A stretch of DNA of 64,000 nucleotides from an uncultured bacterium (GCA_963845185.1 CAWJRG010000009.1:536743-600742); one strand, 5' to 3'; shown: positions 39,370 through 49,715, numbered from the stretch's first letter. Numbers and translations are program-made. The notes: a model not told the origin generated them from the letters alone.

Positions 39370-41362
39370 TTTCAGGAAAAGATTAATATCAATTATCTAT
39401 TTATTAATTGCATTTATTTTGGTTTGGATCGCCAGTGTTAATATGGTTGCGCCCACATTTAATTCCGACGATAGCCCGGAAACAACAGTTGCTTTTCAAA
39501 CTATGGGAATTCAGCATCCTCCCGGTTATCCTCTTGACACTTTAATAGGTAAAATATTTACAATGATTCCTGTTGGTAACGTAATGTTTAGAAGCAATCT
39601 CATGGCAATGTTTTTTAATATTATAACAGCTTTTTTTATATTTATTTTTGTCAAAATAAATCTTCGCATTGATACCAAGGAAAGCCTGGTCAATTATATC
39701 TTTGCTGGGTTATCGGCTCTTTTCTATTTATTCAGTAATTCGGTTTTTTTACAATCGACTTTTGCCAAAGGCAGTATTTACACTCTGAATTCTTTTTTTA
39801 CTATTACAATAGTGGCGCTTCTATTAAATCTAAAAAAGAACATTAAATACTTTTTTCTTTTTTCGTTTTTATACGGGTTATCATTAGGCAATCACTGGCA
39901 AAGCATTATAGTGATTTTTCCGGCGGTTGCTTTTTACCTTTTTATTAACTGGAAGTATTTAAACGCAGGAGCCATTGTTAAAAGCATTTTTTTCTTTATG
40001 ATTGGGATTTCAATCTATATTTTTATTTTTATAAGAAGCACGGAGCAGCCAATTTATTCATGGGGGGATATTAAAAGCCTTAAGGATTTTATTTGGCTGA
40101 TAAGTAGAGCCCAGTATTCTACAGTGGAAGGAGTACATACAATACATAACACAATAAATTTATTAAGGTTCTATATTAATGACCTTTTTTCGAGTCAATA
40201 TCCATTTTTTATTGCCATATTTTTATTCCCGGGAGGTTATTTTCTGTTAAAGAAATTGCGAACAGAAACAATTACGATCTTAATTGCTTACTTATTCCTC
40301 ATCGCAAGCGTAGTAAGGTTTGCAACACCGCCGCCGAATACGGAATGGCTTATTAAAGCATATTTAATTTCGTCCTATATTTTTATTGCAATATTCATGT
40401 CAGCAGGAATATGTTATATAATAAATTCCATAAAAGGATTAAGTAATATAGTAAAACTTTCAGTTTATTTGTTGGTAACTGTTATTATTATTATTTCGCT
40501 AAGGCTTCATGTGCCTGATTATTCACGATATTTTATAGGGTATGATTATTCGGAAAATATTGTTAAAAGTATGCCCCAAGGTTCAATATTTATTGCTGAA
40601 GGAGACATGAATATCGGAGCGGCGCTCTATGAACGTTTAATCAAAAAGGAAAATTTTATATCCATAATACCTGTTGTACTTGGTTATTCGTGGTACCGAG
40701 ATCAATTGATGCGTATTTATGATGGTGATTTAAAGCTTGCGCCGCTTGCGCCCAATATGATAGAGGAGCTTAATAATATTATGATGAATAACAAGGAAAA
40801 GAATATTTATTATTCTAATGTGTACACAAAAGAATGGCAAAAACTTTTACTGAAACCTGAGGGAATCGTTTATAAGGTCTTGACGGATACCTCGATTAAA
40901 AACTATGTCAGCGATGCAAATTTTAATATCTACTCGTACAGGGGTATTATTGATAATGGGGTAAAATACGATGATTTTACAAAAAGGCTCGTTGTCGAAA
41001 ATTATGGGGTTAGTTATTATATGACAGGCGATATTTTTAGGAAATCAGGCAGGAATGATGTGGCTGTAAAATTATATAAAAATGGCTTTGTTTTTTTGCC
41101 GAGCGATTCTGCCTTGCTTAATATAGGTATTTGTTATTACACCATGAAAGATATGCCAAACGCTGAAAAATACTGGAGGGAAGCATTAGAATTGAACCCA
41201 CGCTTGTCTGTTGCTTATTCAAACCTAGCTTTCATTTATTTAAATAAAAATGAAACTGCGAAAGCCTTAGAATATGTTGATAAAGCTTTGGAATATGACC
41301 AAAATAATTCGTCTGCACGCCAGTTAAAAGACGTGCTTAATAAAGCTGGTATTCATAGATAA
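39359..41362 (+). CDS. DUF2723/TMEM260-like GT-C-fold membrane protein with C-terminal TPR repeats (O-mannosyltransferase-like)
   Basis: N-terminal motif DSPETTVAFQTMGIQHPPGYPL, a polytopic TM region, and C-terminal TPR repeats (NAEKYWREALELNP...AYSNLAFIYL). Overlaps the yfhO-like gene by 11 nt. Confidence 0.75.
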   Translation: MQTNFRKRLISIIYLLIAFILVWIASVNMVAPTFNSDDSPETTVAFQTMGIQHPPGYPLDTLIGKIFTMIPVGNVMFRSNLMAMFFNIITAFFIFIFVKINLRIDTKESLVNYIFAGLSALFYLFSNSVFLQSTFAKGSIYTLNSFFTITIVALLLNLKKNIKYFFLFSFLYGLSLGNHWQSIIVIFPAVAFYLFINWKYLNAGAIVKSIFFFMIGISIYIFIFIRSTEQPIYSWGDIKSLKDFIWLISRAQYSTVEGVHTIHNTINLLRFYINDLFSSQYPFFIAIFLFPGGYFLLKKLRTETITILIAYLFLIASVVRFATPPPNTEWLIKAYLISSYIFIAIFMSAGICYIINSIKGLSNIVKLSVYLLVTVIIIISLRLHVPDYSRYFIGYDYSENIVKSMPQGSIFIAEGDMNIGAALYERLIKKENFISIIPVVLGYSWYRDQLMRIYDGDLKLAPLAPNMIEELNNIMMNNKEKNIYYSNVYTKEWQKLLLKPEGIVYKVLTDTSIKNYVSDANFNIYSYRGIIDNGVKYDDFTKRLVVENYGVSYYMTGDIFRKSGRNDVAVKLYKNGFVFLPSDSALLNIGICYYTMKDMPNAEKYWREALELNPRLSVAYSNLAFIYLNKNETAKALEYVDKALEYDQNNSSARQLKDVLNKAGIHR

Positions 41363-41396
41363 AAGCAAGGCATCAAAAATCAAAAGGAAACATAAA

Positions 41397-43484
41397 ATGA
41401 GAATAATTTTCGCTTTTATATCGTTGATAATATTTTTTGTTTTCCTTAGAACAGCGCCACCTACAATTTACCTTGGCGATAGCGGCGAAATCGTAGCTGC
41501 CGCATATAATATGGGTATAGGTCATCCACCGGGCTATCCTTTATTTATGCTTGGGGCTAAAATAGCTTCTTTTGTGCCATTGGGTGATATTGGTTTCAGA
41601 ATTAATCTTTTTTCTGTTTTTTTAGGCATACTTTGTTTTCTGTTATTTTATTTAACAGGCGTCGAATTTGTAAAATTCCTCTTTAAAATAAATAAAAAAG
41701 GGATACTGCCTGTTAAATTAACAGCACTTGCCTTGGCGCTTATATATACCTTTTCAAATATTTTTTGGTTCCAGGCAGTTCATGCAAAAGGCGCTATATA
41801 TACCTTTATGCATCTCGCAGTCTTACTTGCCATTTTTGTAGTTTTAAAATTTAAAACAACAAAAGAAAATAAATATTTTTATCTTGCTTTTTATTTGGCC
41901 GGCTTTTTAACCGTTGTTCACCAATCAACGCTGCTTTTTACGGTTTTTATAGTTGCCATTCTACTGGCAGACAATATAAAAAAATTATATTATAAACGAA
42001 CTTTTTTAGGAATACTGTTTTTTTTGACAGCAGCGATCTCGCCGTATCTATATTTATTTATCAGAATGAAAACCAGGGCTGCTGTTCAGTGGTCAAATAT
42101 AAGCACATTTTCTCAGCTAATCAGCCATATTTTAAGAAGAATTTATTTTCCTAACAGTAGTTATATTTGGGTTTTACCAGATGTTCTGATTTTCAGGCTT
42201 AAATACTATATGGAGGAATGTGTTAGAAATTATAATATATTAGTAATATTTTTTTTAATCGGGCTTTTTATTTTATACAAAAAAAACAAAAAATTGTTTA
42301 TAGGTATATCCGGATTTCTTGTTTTAAACTATACTGCGCTTGTTTTAGGCGTTAACACGGTCGCCGGTTTTGCGCCGAATTCCATATCACCATTTTTTAT
42401 GTATACAACAAAAAATTTTTACATGATGAACGAGATTCTAGCCATGATTATTAGTATTGCTGGACTTTATGGAGCTGTTGAATTATTCATACGAAACGAC
42501 AATTCAAAAAAAACACCATTGTTTATATTTTTGTTTATGGTACCTGTGGCCATGGTTTTGGGTAATTATAAATTAAACGACCTTTCCAGGAATTATCTTA
42601 CCTACGACCGTGCAGAAAATATTTTTAAAACACTGAAAAACGGTGATATTTTATTTGCGAATGAAGATTTTGATGTATTTTCAATACTTTATACTCAATA
42701 TGTTAGGCGCGCTTATAGAAATATACGCACAATTGACATGGCTGGAACTTTTCTGGACACATCAATATACAAAGATTTGAAAAACTCCGAAATAAAAGTT
42801 GTTTTTAATAATAAGGTGCCGGGAGCTGAGAAGTTCAAGTTTCAGCTAACACAGATGATTAAAAATAACGCCGAATTGGATATTTTTAAACAAAACCCTA
42901 GAAAAGTTTACTATGCTTCTTTTACCGAATATACAAAAGAAAAATTCAGGACTAAGCCATATAGCGTAATATTCAAATTATATAAAGAAGATGAAAAAAC
43001 TCCTGATTCGGAACGATTACTAAAATTTTGTTCAATAAGAGACTATTACAACAATAAGAACCTGGATTTATATTGTAAGGATGTACTGGCTAGGTATTTT
43101 TTGCAGAAAGCGCGATTTGCAGCTGTAAATAGCGATATTGAGGTCTTTGAGAAGTATCGGCAGGTAGCTGAGGAATTGGCAGGCGAATGCGGTGACATAT
43201 TAAACCTTATATGTTCAATTTACCTATATGATCTAAAAAAACCGGAATATGCTGTAAAATATATGGAAAAAATTCTAGAATTGGATCCTTATGATTATAA
43301 ATCCTTAAATGTTTTAATAAAACTCTGCATGGAATACGATCCGGAAAAGGCAATTGAATGGCTAAAATATTTATATTCCAAAATAGATGACGAACAGCAA
43401 AGGAATAACATTTTAGTAACGATAACCAAAATAAAAGAAATGCTAGAAAAGGAAACTAATGGAGCCGGAAGTAACCTGCATTAG
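41397..43484 (+). CDS. Second DUF2723/TMEM260-like GT-C-fold membrane protein with C-terminal TPR-like region
   Basis: N-terminal motif GDSGEIVAAAYNMGIGHPPGYPL, then a polytopic TM region and a helical C-terminal repeat region. Confidence 0.75.
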   Translation: MRIIFAFISLIIFFVFLRTAPPTIYLGDSGEIVAAAYNMGIGHPPGYPLFMLGAKIASFVPLGDIGFRINLFSVFLGILCFLLFYLTGVEFVKFLFKINKKGILPVKLTALALALIYTFSNIFWFQAVHAKGAIYTFMHLAVLLAIFVVLKFKTTKENKYFYLAFYLAGFLTVVHQSTLLFTVFIVAILLADNIKKLYYKRTFLGILFFLTAAISPYLYLFIRMKTRAAVQWSNISTFSQLISHILRRIYFPNSSYIWVLPDVLIFRLKYYMEECVRNYNILVIFFLIGLFILYKKNKKLFIGISGFLVLNYTALVLGVNTVAGFAPNSISPFFMYTTKNFYMMNEILAMIISIAGLYGAVELFIRNDNSKKTPLFIFLFMVPVAMVLGNYKLNDLSRNYLTYDRAENIFKTLKNGDILFANEDFDVFSILYTQYVRRAYRNIRTIDMAGTFLDTSIYKDLKNSEIKVVFNNKVPGAEKFKFQLTQMIKNNAELDIFKQNPRKVYYASFTEYTKEKFRTKPYSVIFKLYKEDEKTPDSERLLKFCSIRDYYNNKNLDLYCKDVLARYFLQKARFAAVNSDIEVFEKYRQVAEELAGECGDILNLICSIYLYDLKKPEYAVKYMEKILELDPYDYKSLNVLIKLCMEYDPEKAIEWLKYLYSKIDDEQQRNNILVTITKIKEMLEKETNGAGSNLH

Positions 43485-43738
43485 GCTGAAATATTTTTAT
43501 AGTTATGTATATCCGGATGCCAAAGGGCATAGGAGACTACATAAATATTTTTTTAAATAACTGCAGAATGCAATAAATACATTATATAAAGGTGCAATTG
43601 GCGAAAAATTAGCTGCGGAAATAAAAGAACGGCTAACATACTGGTTTATTCTGCATATCCGGAAAAGTGGCATAAAACTCAGTTCATATGTGTTGAAAAA
43701 GCAGCTCCTATGCTGCTTTTAAGCTAAAAACATGCATA

Positions 43739-43767
43739 TTGACAAAGATTTAAATAGCGGATATAAT
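43739..43767 (+). promoter_or_regulatory. Consensus sigma70 promoter (TTGACA-17-TATAAT) for the orphan gene at 43805
   Basis: ttgaca at 43739-43744, 17-nt spacer, tataat at 43762-43767. A terminator-like hairpin agcagc-tcctat-gctgctttt sits about 20 nt upstream. Confidence 0.8.
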
Positions 43768-43804
43768 TAGCCCATAAAATTTCGGAAAATGAGGAGGCAT
43801 ATAA

Positions 43805-44260
43805 ATGAAGATAGGACATGCAGTAAAAATAACAAATCTTGATTACTTTAACGATCCTAACGCTAAAAAAAGAAGCAAATCATTGGTTGGGAAAGTAGGT
43901 AAAATAGTCAATATTACGCTTGGTGTTTTTAAGGTGCAATTTGACGACGGCGAGGTTGATTTTTTTGACGGAAGGGAACTTGAATTCGCTGAAAAATTGG
44001 AACCAAGGGCTATTGACCTTGTTTTTGTATCCTGGCAAAAAGAGGGAAAAAGCGTATACGACACAGAAGAGGGCGACAAACTTTTTATAGGTGATTTTCA
44101 TCATGGAACAATTTTTAAAGGAACTATTGAACTTGACGAAGAAGAAACAAGTAGAATAAAACAGGCTTGGAAAGCAGGAATACATCCTGTTTTTGATATA
44201 AGGGTAAGGGAAGAAGATGACAAAAGAAAAAACAGGCGGGAAGATAAGCCTAATTCCTGA
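43805..44260 (+). CDS. Hypothetical acidic cytoplasmic protein, 151 aa
   Basis: ATG after RBS gaggagg. I recognise no motif. Two loosely similar halves (GKVGKIVNITLGVFKVQFDDGE and GDKLFIGDFHHGTIFKGTIELDEE). Confidence 0.5.
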   Translation: MKIGHAVKITNLDYFNDPNAKKRSKSLVGKVGKIVNITLGVFKVQFDDGEVDFFDGRELEFAEKLEPRAIDLVFVSWQKEGKSVYDTEEGDKLFIGDFHHGTIFKGTIELDEEETSRIKQAWKAGIHPVFDIRVREEDDKRKNRREDKPNS

Positions 44261-44348
44261 TAGAATTTTGGCTGCTAATCCCTTTTGAAAACCGAAATCC
44301 TTTAAATATTTCAAATATAATGAATATAAATTTTGTATATTATTTAGT

Positions 44349-44425
44349 GGGCGCATAGCTCAGTTGGTTAGAGTATCAGCTCGACAAGCTGAGGGTCACT
44401 GGTTCGATCCCAGTTGCGCCCACCA
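44349..44425 (+). tRNA. tRNA-Val (anticodon GAC) with encoded CCA
   Basis: Acceptor stem gggcgca/tgcgccc. D-arm gctcagttggttagagt. Anticodon stem tcagc/gctga with loop tcGACaa. T-arm gggtcactggttcgatcccagt. 3' acca. Confidence 0.9.
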
Positions 44426-44447
44426 TAATTTAATAGGAGACAATACA

Positions 44448-46562
44448 ATGAAATTTAAGATTAACTTGAATGGTAAATGGAAATTCAAAGTTCAGGGTAA
44501 AGAAACAAAAATTAAGGTGCCATCAAACTGGTATTTGCAGGGGCATGATATTTTCGGCAAAGCAGAGTACTCGAGGGATTTTATAGTTAAAAAAATCAAA
44601 TCAACTAATTATTTTGTTATTTTTGACGGTGTTGATTATTTCACCGATGTCTATATCAACAACAAGCCGGCAGGCAGGCATGAAGGGTATTTCCAACGAT
44701 TCAGATTTGACATAACAAAATTGCTGAAAGATGGAAAGAACGAAATAAAAGTTATTGTCGATTCTCCCAAGGAATCTGAAGAAATATGGCCAGATAAAAA
44801 GATACTTATCAAGGGCATATTTAACCATCACGATACCAGGCCGGGCTCATGGAGTAAAAAATTCGGGCAGGATAAAAATACAGGCGGTATATGGAATAAT
44901 GTTTATATTACTGCAGTTAATTCTGTTGAGATTGAAAGAGTCAAGATAACGCCTTTGTTAAAAGACGATGAAAATTGGAATGTGTCGCATGAATTGCTTA
45001 TAAATAATTACACAGGAAAAGCACTGGAATGTGCAATAAACGCGCTGATTGTCTCGGTTAATTTCAGGGGAGCTTCAAAAGAGATTAAAAACAGCGTATT
45101 GCTGCAGCCCGGTGTGAATAAAATCCAATTAAGTAATGACATGAAAAATCCGGCTTTGTGGTGGACCTGGGATTTCGGCAAGCAGAATCTTTATAAGTTT
45201 ACTTACCTTATTAACGCAGGAGGTATTAAAGACAGTTATTCGGACATCAGCGGCATAAGGGAATTTAAACGCAGAGAGGACAAGTGCTGGTATTTAAACG
45301 GCAAAAGAATATTTCTGCGCGGAACGAATATCATACCTACGCAGTGGCTTTCCGAATACACCAATGCCAAGATAAGAAAAGACGCTGAACTTTTAAAAGG
45401 TGCTAACATGAATATAGTGAGGATTCATGCCCACGTCAACAGGGAAGAACTTTACAGGGAAATGGACAGGGCAGGCATTATGGTGTGGCAGGATTTTGCC
45501 CTTCAGTGGGCATATGAAGAAACCGAGGAATTTACACGCAATGCATCAGCACAGATAAAGGACATGGTAAACCAGCATTATAACAGGCCTTCGATAACAA
45601 TTTGGTGCTGCCATAACGAGCCGTTTGTTAATTTAAAACAACTCGACCCTGTTCTTGTGACAAAAGTAAGGGAAGAAGACCCTGTGAGATATATTGAAAA
45701 GGCTTCGGATTTCGGACAGCATTTTTATCCTGGCTGGTATGTTGACGCGACGCCCGGGAATTTCAGCAGGGACATGTTGAATGCGAAAAAACAGCTGCTT
45801 GCATCCGAATACGGGGCACAGGCACTGCCTTGCCTTGCCTCCATGAAAAAAATATTCAAACCGTGCGAGCTTTTTCCTCCTGACCTGGAAAAGTGGATGT
45901 ACCATGATTTCCAGCCAGAACAAACATTTAATCAGGCTCACATTAACATAGGAAAAAATATAAGTGAATTTATCGAAAATTCCCAGCAGTACCAAGCAGA
46001 TCTTTTAAAAGATATTACCGAGACATTCAGGAAAGCAAGGTACGAAGTTGTCGGCGGTTTGCTGCAGTTTATGTTTTCCGAATGCTGGCCGTCTATAGCA
46101 TGGGGGGTTGTCGATTATTTCAGGGTGCCTAAAAAAGGATATTATTATTTAAAAACAGCTTTTCAGCCGGTTTACCCCGGATATGTGCTGACAAGAAAAA
46201 ACAAGTCAAAAGGAGAAAGAATAAGCTGGGGGACTTTATGGGATTCATTTTTTATAATAAACGACCTTCCTTATCCGTTGAAAAATATTACTGCGAGAAT
46301 GAAGTTTATTGATGCAAAAGGGAAAGTTTATTATGATGTTAAAAGTGTTGCGAAAAATATTCAGGCAGATTCCATGATTTATCCTTTTGAAGAAAAAGAG
46401 TTGCGTGCTGGAGAAAGGGACTCCTTTGAGATACCTGAAGATTCGGCTGCAGGCCAGCATAAAATTGTAATTGATTTATACGACAAGAGGAATAAAAAAA
46501 TGGCGCATAATTATTATGATTTTTTTGTTAATGAGCACTATGTGGCTCATAAATACAGATAA
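44448..46562 (+). CDS. Glycoside hydrolase family 2 (beta-mannosidase/beta-galactosidase-like), no signal peptide
   Basis: GH2 sugar-binding N-domain (FVIFDGVDYFTDVYINNKPAGRHEGYF). TIM-barrel segment NMNIVRIHAHVNREELYREMDRAGIMVWQDF. Acid/base motif WCCHNEP. ATG at 44448 follows taggaga. The longer upstream ORF would overlap the tRNA. Confidence 0.8.
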   Translation: MKFKINLNGKWKFKVQGKETKIKVPSNWYLQGHDIFGKAEYSRDFIVKKIKSTNYFVIFDGVDYFTDVYINNKPAGRHEGYFQRFRFDITKLLKDGKNEIKVIVDSPKESEEIWPDKKILIKGIFNHHDTRPGSWSKKFGQDKNTGGIWNNVYITAVNSVEIERVKITPLLKDDENWNVSHELLINNYTGKALECAINALIVSVNFRGASKEIKNSVLLQPGVNKIQLSNDMKNPALWWTWDFGKQNLYKFTYLINAGGIKDSYSDISGIREFKRREDKCWYLNGKRIFLRGTNIIPTQWLSEYTNAKIRKDAELLKGANMNIVRIHAHVNREELYREMDRAGIMVWQDFALQWAYEETEEFTRNASAQIKDMVNQHYNRPSITIWCCHNEPFVNLKQLDPVLVTKVREEDPVRYIEKASDFGQHFYPGWYVDATPGNFSRDMLNAKKQLLASEYGAQALPCLASMKKIFKPCELFPPDLEKWMYHDFQPEQTFNQAHINIGKNISEFIENSQQYQADLLKDITETFRKARYEVVGGLLQFMFSECWPSIAWGVVDYFRVPKKGYYYLKTAFQPVYPGYVLTRKNKSKGERISWGTLWDSFFIINDLPYPLKNITARMKFIDAKGKVYYDVKSVAKNIQADSMIYPFEEKELRAGERDSFEIPEDSAAGQHKIVIDLYDKRNKKMAHNYYDFFVNEHYVAHKYR

Positions 46563-46614
46563 TGTAAGCTTGGATTGAAAAAAACCTTTATTCAAAACTT
46601 AAATAGAGGCAGAT

Positions 46615-47829
46615 ATGGCAACGGATGATACAAAAAAATCAATACAGTTGTTAATGCTTTTCGGGCTTATAAGTCTTTTTGGGGATATTGTATATGAAGG
46701 TGCAAGGAGCGTAAATGGTCCATACCTTAAAACCCTTGCCATGAACGCAGCGATGGTAGGCTTTATAACCGGGCTTGGGGAATTCGCCGGTTACGCGCTG
46801 CGTCTTTTGACAGGCTTTTATTCCGATAAAACAAAAGCTTACTGGTTTTTTACTTTTTTGGGTTACGGTCTTATAATTGCAATACCAATGCTTTCCTTGA
46901 CCGGTGTATGGCAGATAGCGGCTGTTTTAATGGTCATGGAAAGGGTTGGAAAGGGAATAAGGGCGCCTGCCAAAGATTCCATCGTGTCAAGCGCGGCAAA
47001 AAGAATAGGCACAGGTAAGGGGTTTGCAATACAGGAGGTTATGGACCAGTTTGGCGCGATGATTGGGCCGCTTATTTTCGCAGGATATTTTGCGCTGACC
47101 GGAGGCGGTTCGAAAAACGCACTGGACTACAGGCACGCTTACGGTCTGTTCTGGATTCCATTTCTTCTTGTTATGTTCTTTGCCGTAATTGCTTATACAC
47201 GCGTGCCTGACCCGAGTAAACTGGAGCCTCCAAAGAAGGCGCAGGAACCGGACCGCATAACAAAACTTTTCTGGATTTATAATATATTTTCTTTTATTAC
47301 ATCGCTTGGTTTTATAAGTTATGCCTTAATCGGTTTTCATTTTAAAGCGGATAACGTGATAAGCGATGCCATGATACCTGTATTTTACGCAATCGCCATG
47401 GCAGTTGACGGCGCGGCAGCTTTTATAATCGGAAACTTATATGATAAAATAAAAGATAAATCAGGGCATCCCGGCGGCGGTCTTACAACCCTTATAATGA
47501 TACCACTGCTTTCCGCAATCATTCCTTTTCTTGCTTTTACGAAGAGCGCATATCTTGCACTTGGGGCAGCAGTATTGTGGGGTATAGTAATGGGCTCGCA
47601 CGAAACCATAATGAAAGCAGCCATCGCAGATATAACACCTATTAAGAAAAGGGGCACTGGTTATGGAATATTTAATTTTTCCTACGGCATGGCAATGCTT
47701 GCGGGCGGTTATCTTGCCGGCCTTATGTATGATATTTCCATACCTGTTTTATGCTGGGCGGTCGCAGGCCTGCAGACAATAGGTCTTGGTATGTTTTTTG
47801 TTATGAAAAAAGAAATACAGAGTAATTAA
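46615..47829 (+). CDS. MFS transporter
   Basis: About 12 TM helices, with an MFS-like loop motif RVGKGIRAPAKDS between TM2 and TM3. Confidence 0.75.
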   Translation: MATDDTKKSIQLLMLFGLISLFGDIVYEGARSVNGPYLKTLAMNAAMVGFITGLGEFAGYALRLLTGFYSDKTKAYWFFTFLGYGLIIAIPMLSLTGVWQIAAVLMVMERVGKGIRAPAKDSIVSSAAKRIGTGKGFAIQEVMDQFGAMIGPLIFAGYFALTGGGSKNALDYRHAYGLFWIPFLLVMFFAVIAYTRVPDPSKLEPPKKAQEPDRITKLFWIYNIFSFITSLGFISYALIGFHFKADNVISDAMIPVFYAIAMAVDGAAAFIIGNLYDKIKDKSGHPGGGLTTLIMIPLLSAIIPFLAFTKSAYLALGAAVLWGIVMGSHETIMKAAIADITPIKKRGTGYGIFNFSYGMAMLAGGYLAGLMYDISIPVLCWAVAGLQTIGLGMFFVMKKEIQSN

Positions 47830-47883
47830 GTTACGTAGGTTTTATTACAGTATGGCTTCATCATAATGTATAAAGGGGATTAA

Positions 47884-49155
47884 ATGCCAACAACAGAACA
47901 GATTAAAAAATTATTAAAAACTGGATTAGACTCAAAAACTTTTTATTTAATAAAAAAAACAGGCGCTTTTGCCGATAAAGAAGGCATAAAAGCATATATT
48001 GTCGGCGGCATGGTGCGCGATATGCTCCTTAAAAGAAAAACACTTGATATTGATATAGTTGTCGAAGGCGATGGTACTGAATTTGCGAGGCGCCTTGCCG
48101 ACAGTTTACGTGGAGCATATAAGAAATTCGACAAGTTTAAAACAGCAAAAATTTTCCTCAAAAACAGGCGGATAGACATAGCGAGCGCAAGGACTGAGAT
48201 ATACGCAAACCCTGCTGCTCTGCCTGACGTTGATTTTACTGATTTAAAAAAAGATTTATTCCGTAGGGATTTTACAATAAATGCCATGTCTGTATGCATT
48301 AACAGGGGAAGATTCGGCGAGTTTATAGATTATTTTTACGGGTATAAGGATTTAAAAACAGGAATTTTAAAAACGCTTCATGATAAAAGTTTTATGGATG
48401 ACCCTACACGGATACTGAGGCTTGTTAGGTTTGAAACGAGGTTTGATTTTAAAATAGAGCATAAGACTTTGTTGCTTTTAAAAGATGCGCTAAAAAAAGA
48501 TATATTTGACATAGTGCCGGGAGAAAGGTTAAGAGACGAGATTTTGATATTGCTCGACGAAAAAGATCCGTTAAAAGCATTGTTGCGGCTTCAACAGCTA
48601 AAAATACTAAAAAAATTAAATAAAAATTTCTTTATAGATTCAAATACAATAAAATTATATAAAAAATTGGAAACTATAAAATTCAGGGAAACCGAAAGCG
48701 ATTCCATTATTATTCTCTTCATGGTTTTTACAACGGAACTGGATATTAAATCTATCATTGACTTATTAAACAGATTAAAATTCAGCAATGACTGGAAAAA
48801 GATAGTGCTTGATGCTAAGCGTGATAGTGCCAGGGTTTTAAAGAGCCTCGATGCTAAAAAAATAAGAGACAGCAGAATATATGATTTGTTAAAAAAATAT
48901 AGGATTGAAACCCTGCTTTATTTTGCTTTAATTTCAGACAATAAAAAAGTAAATGACAGGATAAAACTATATATTAAGGTTTTAAAAAACTCCAAGATTG
49001 CCATATCCGGAAAAGACCTTAAGGATATGGGCGTAAAAGAAGGGCCAAAATACGGCAAGATACTTGATAAAGTAATGGCAGCAAAAATCGACGGAAAGGT
49101 AAAAGGAAGAGCGCAGGAGCTAGCACTGGCCGGGAGATTATTTAAAATTGAATAA
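47884..49155 (+). CDS. cca: CCA-adding tRNA nucleotidyltransferase / poly(A) polymerase family
   Basis: Pol-beta-like head domain GGMVRDMLL...DIDIVV and RRDFTINAMS. Confidence 0.8.
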   Translation: MPTTEQIKKLLKTGLDSKTFYLIKKTGAFADKEGIKAYIVGGMVRDMLLKRKTLDIDIVVEGDGTEFARRLADSLRGAYKKFDKFKTAKIFLKNRRIDIASARTEIYANPAALPDVDFTDLKKDLFRRDFTINAMSVCINRGRFGEFIDYFYGYKDLKTGILKTLHDKSFMDDPTRILRLVRFETRFDFKIEHKTLLLLKDALKKDIFDIVPGERLRDEILILLDEKDPLKALLRLQQLKILKKLNKNFFIDSNTIKLYKKLETIKFRETESDSIIILFMVFTTELDIKSIIDLLNRLKFSNDWKKIVLDAKRDSARVLKSLDAKKIRDSRIYDLLKKYRIETLLYFALISDNKKVNDRIKLYIKVLKNSKIAISGKDLKDMGVKEGPKYGKILDKVMAAKIDGKVKGRAQELALAGRLFKIE

Positions 49156-49161
49156 AAGTAG

Positions 49162-49195
49162 AGACGTTGCGCCGCAACGTCTTTACTGTAATGGT
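49162..49195 (+). terminator. Terminator-like hairpin after cca
   Basis: agacgttgcg/cgcaacgtct inverted repeat followed by ttactgtaatggtttt. The U-tract is weak. Confidence 0.5.
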
Positions 49196-49208
49196 TTTAT
49201 GAAGGAGG

Positions 49209-49715
49209 TTGAACATGGAAACATTTAATGCAATCAAAGGCAGGCGCAGCATAAGAAAGTATAAAAAGGGGGCAGTTATTGATAAAAAAACACTTGAAGA
49301 AATTGTTGAGACAGGAAAGTATGCGCCAAGCGCAAGAGCGGAATATCCTTGGCAATTTATAATCATCACTGAACCGGATCGTATTAAAGAATTAACTAAA
49401 ATAGTTGGTCAGTACGGCAAATTTATGGTAAATGCTGCGGCTTCCATAGTTGTAACTAGCAAAGACGCGAAATATTATCTCGAGGATGGCTCGGCCGCGA
49501 CACAGAATATACTGCTTGCCGCGTACGCAAAAGGCATAGGAACATGCTGGATTGCAGGCGATAAAAAGGATTATTGCCCAAAAGTGATGGAATTCATCAA
49601 TGCGCCTGCAGGCTACAAACTTGTCAGCATAATATCAGTAGGCGTACCTGACGAAAAACCCAAGAAACTGAAACCTAATAACAGTGAAATAATACATTGG
49701 GAAAAATTTAAATAA
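49209..49715 (+). CDS. NAD(P)H nitroreductase-family protein
   Basis: N-terminal RRSIRKY motif. Length and fold are typical of the family. Confidence 0.8.
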   Translation: MNMETFNAIKGRRSIRKYKKGAVIDKKTLEEIVETGKYAPSARAEYPWQFIIITEPDRIKELTKIVGQYGKFMVNAAASIVVTSKDAKYYLEDGSAATQNILLAAYAKGIGTCWIAGDKKDYCPKVMEFINAPAGYKLVSIISVGVPDEKPKKLKPNNSEIIHWEKFK

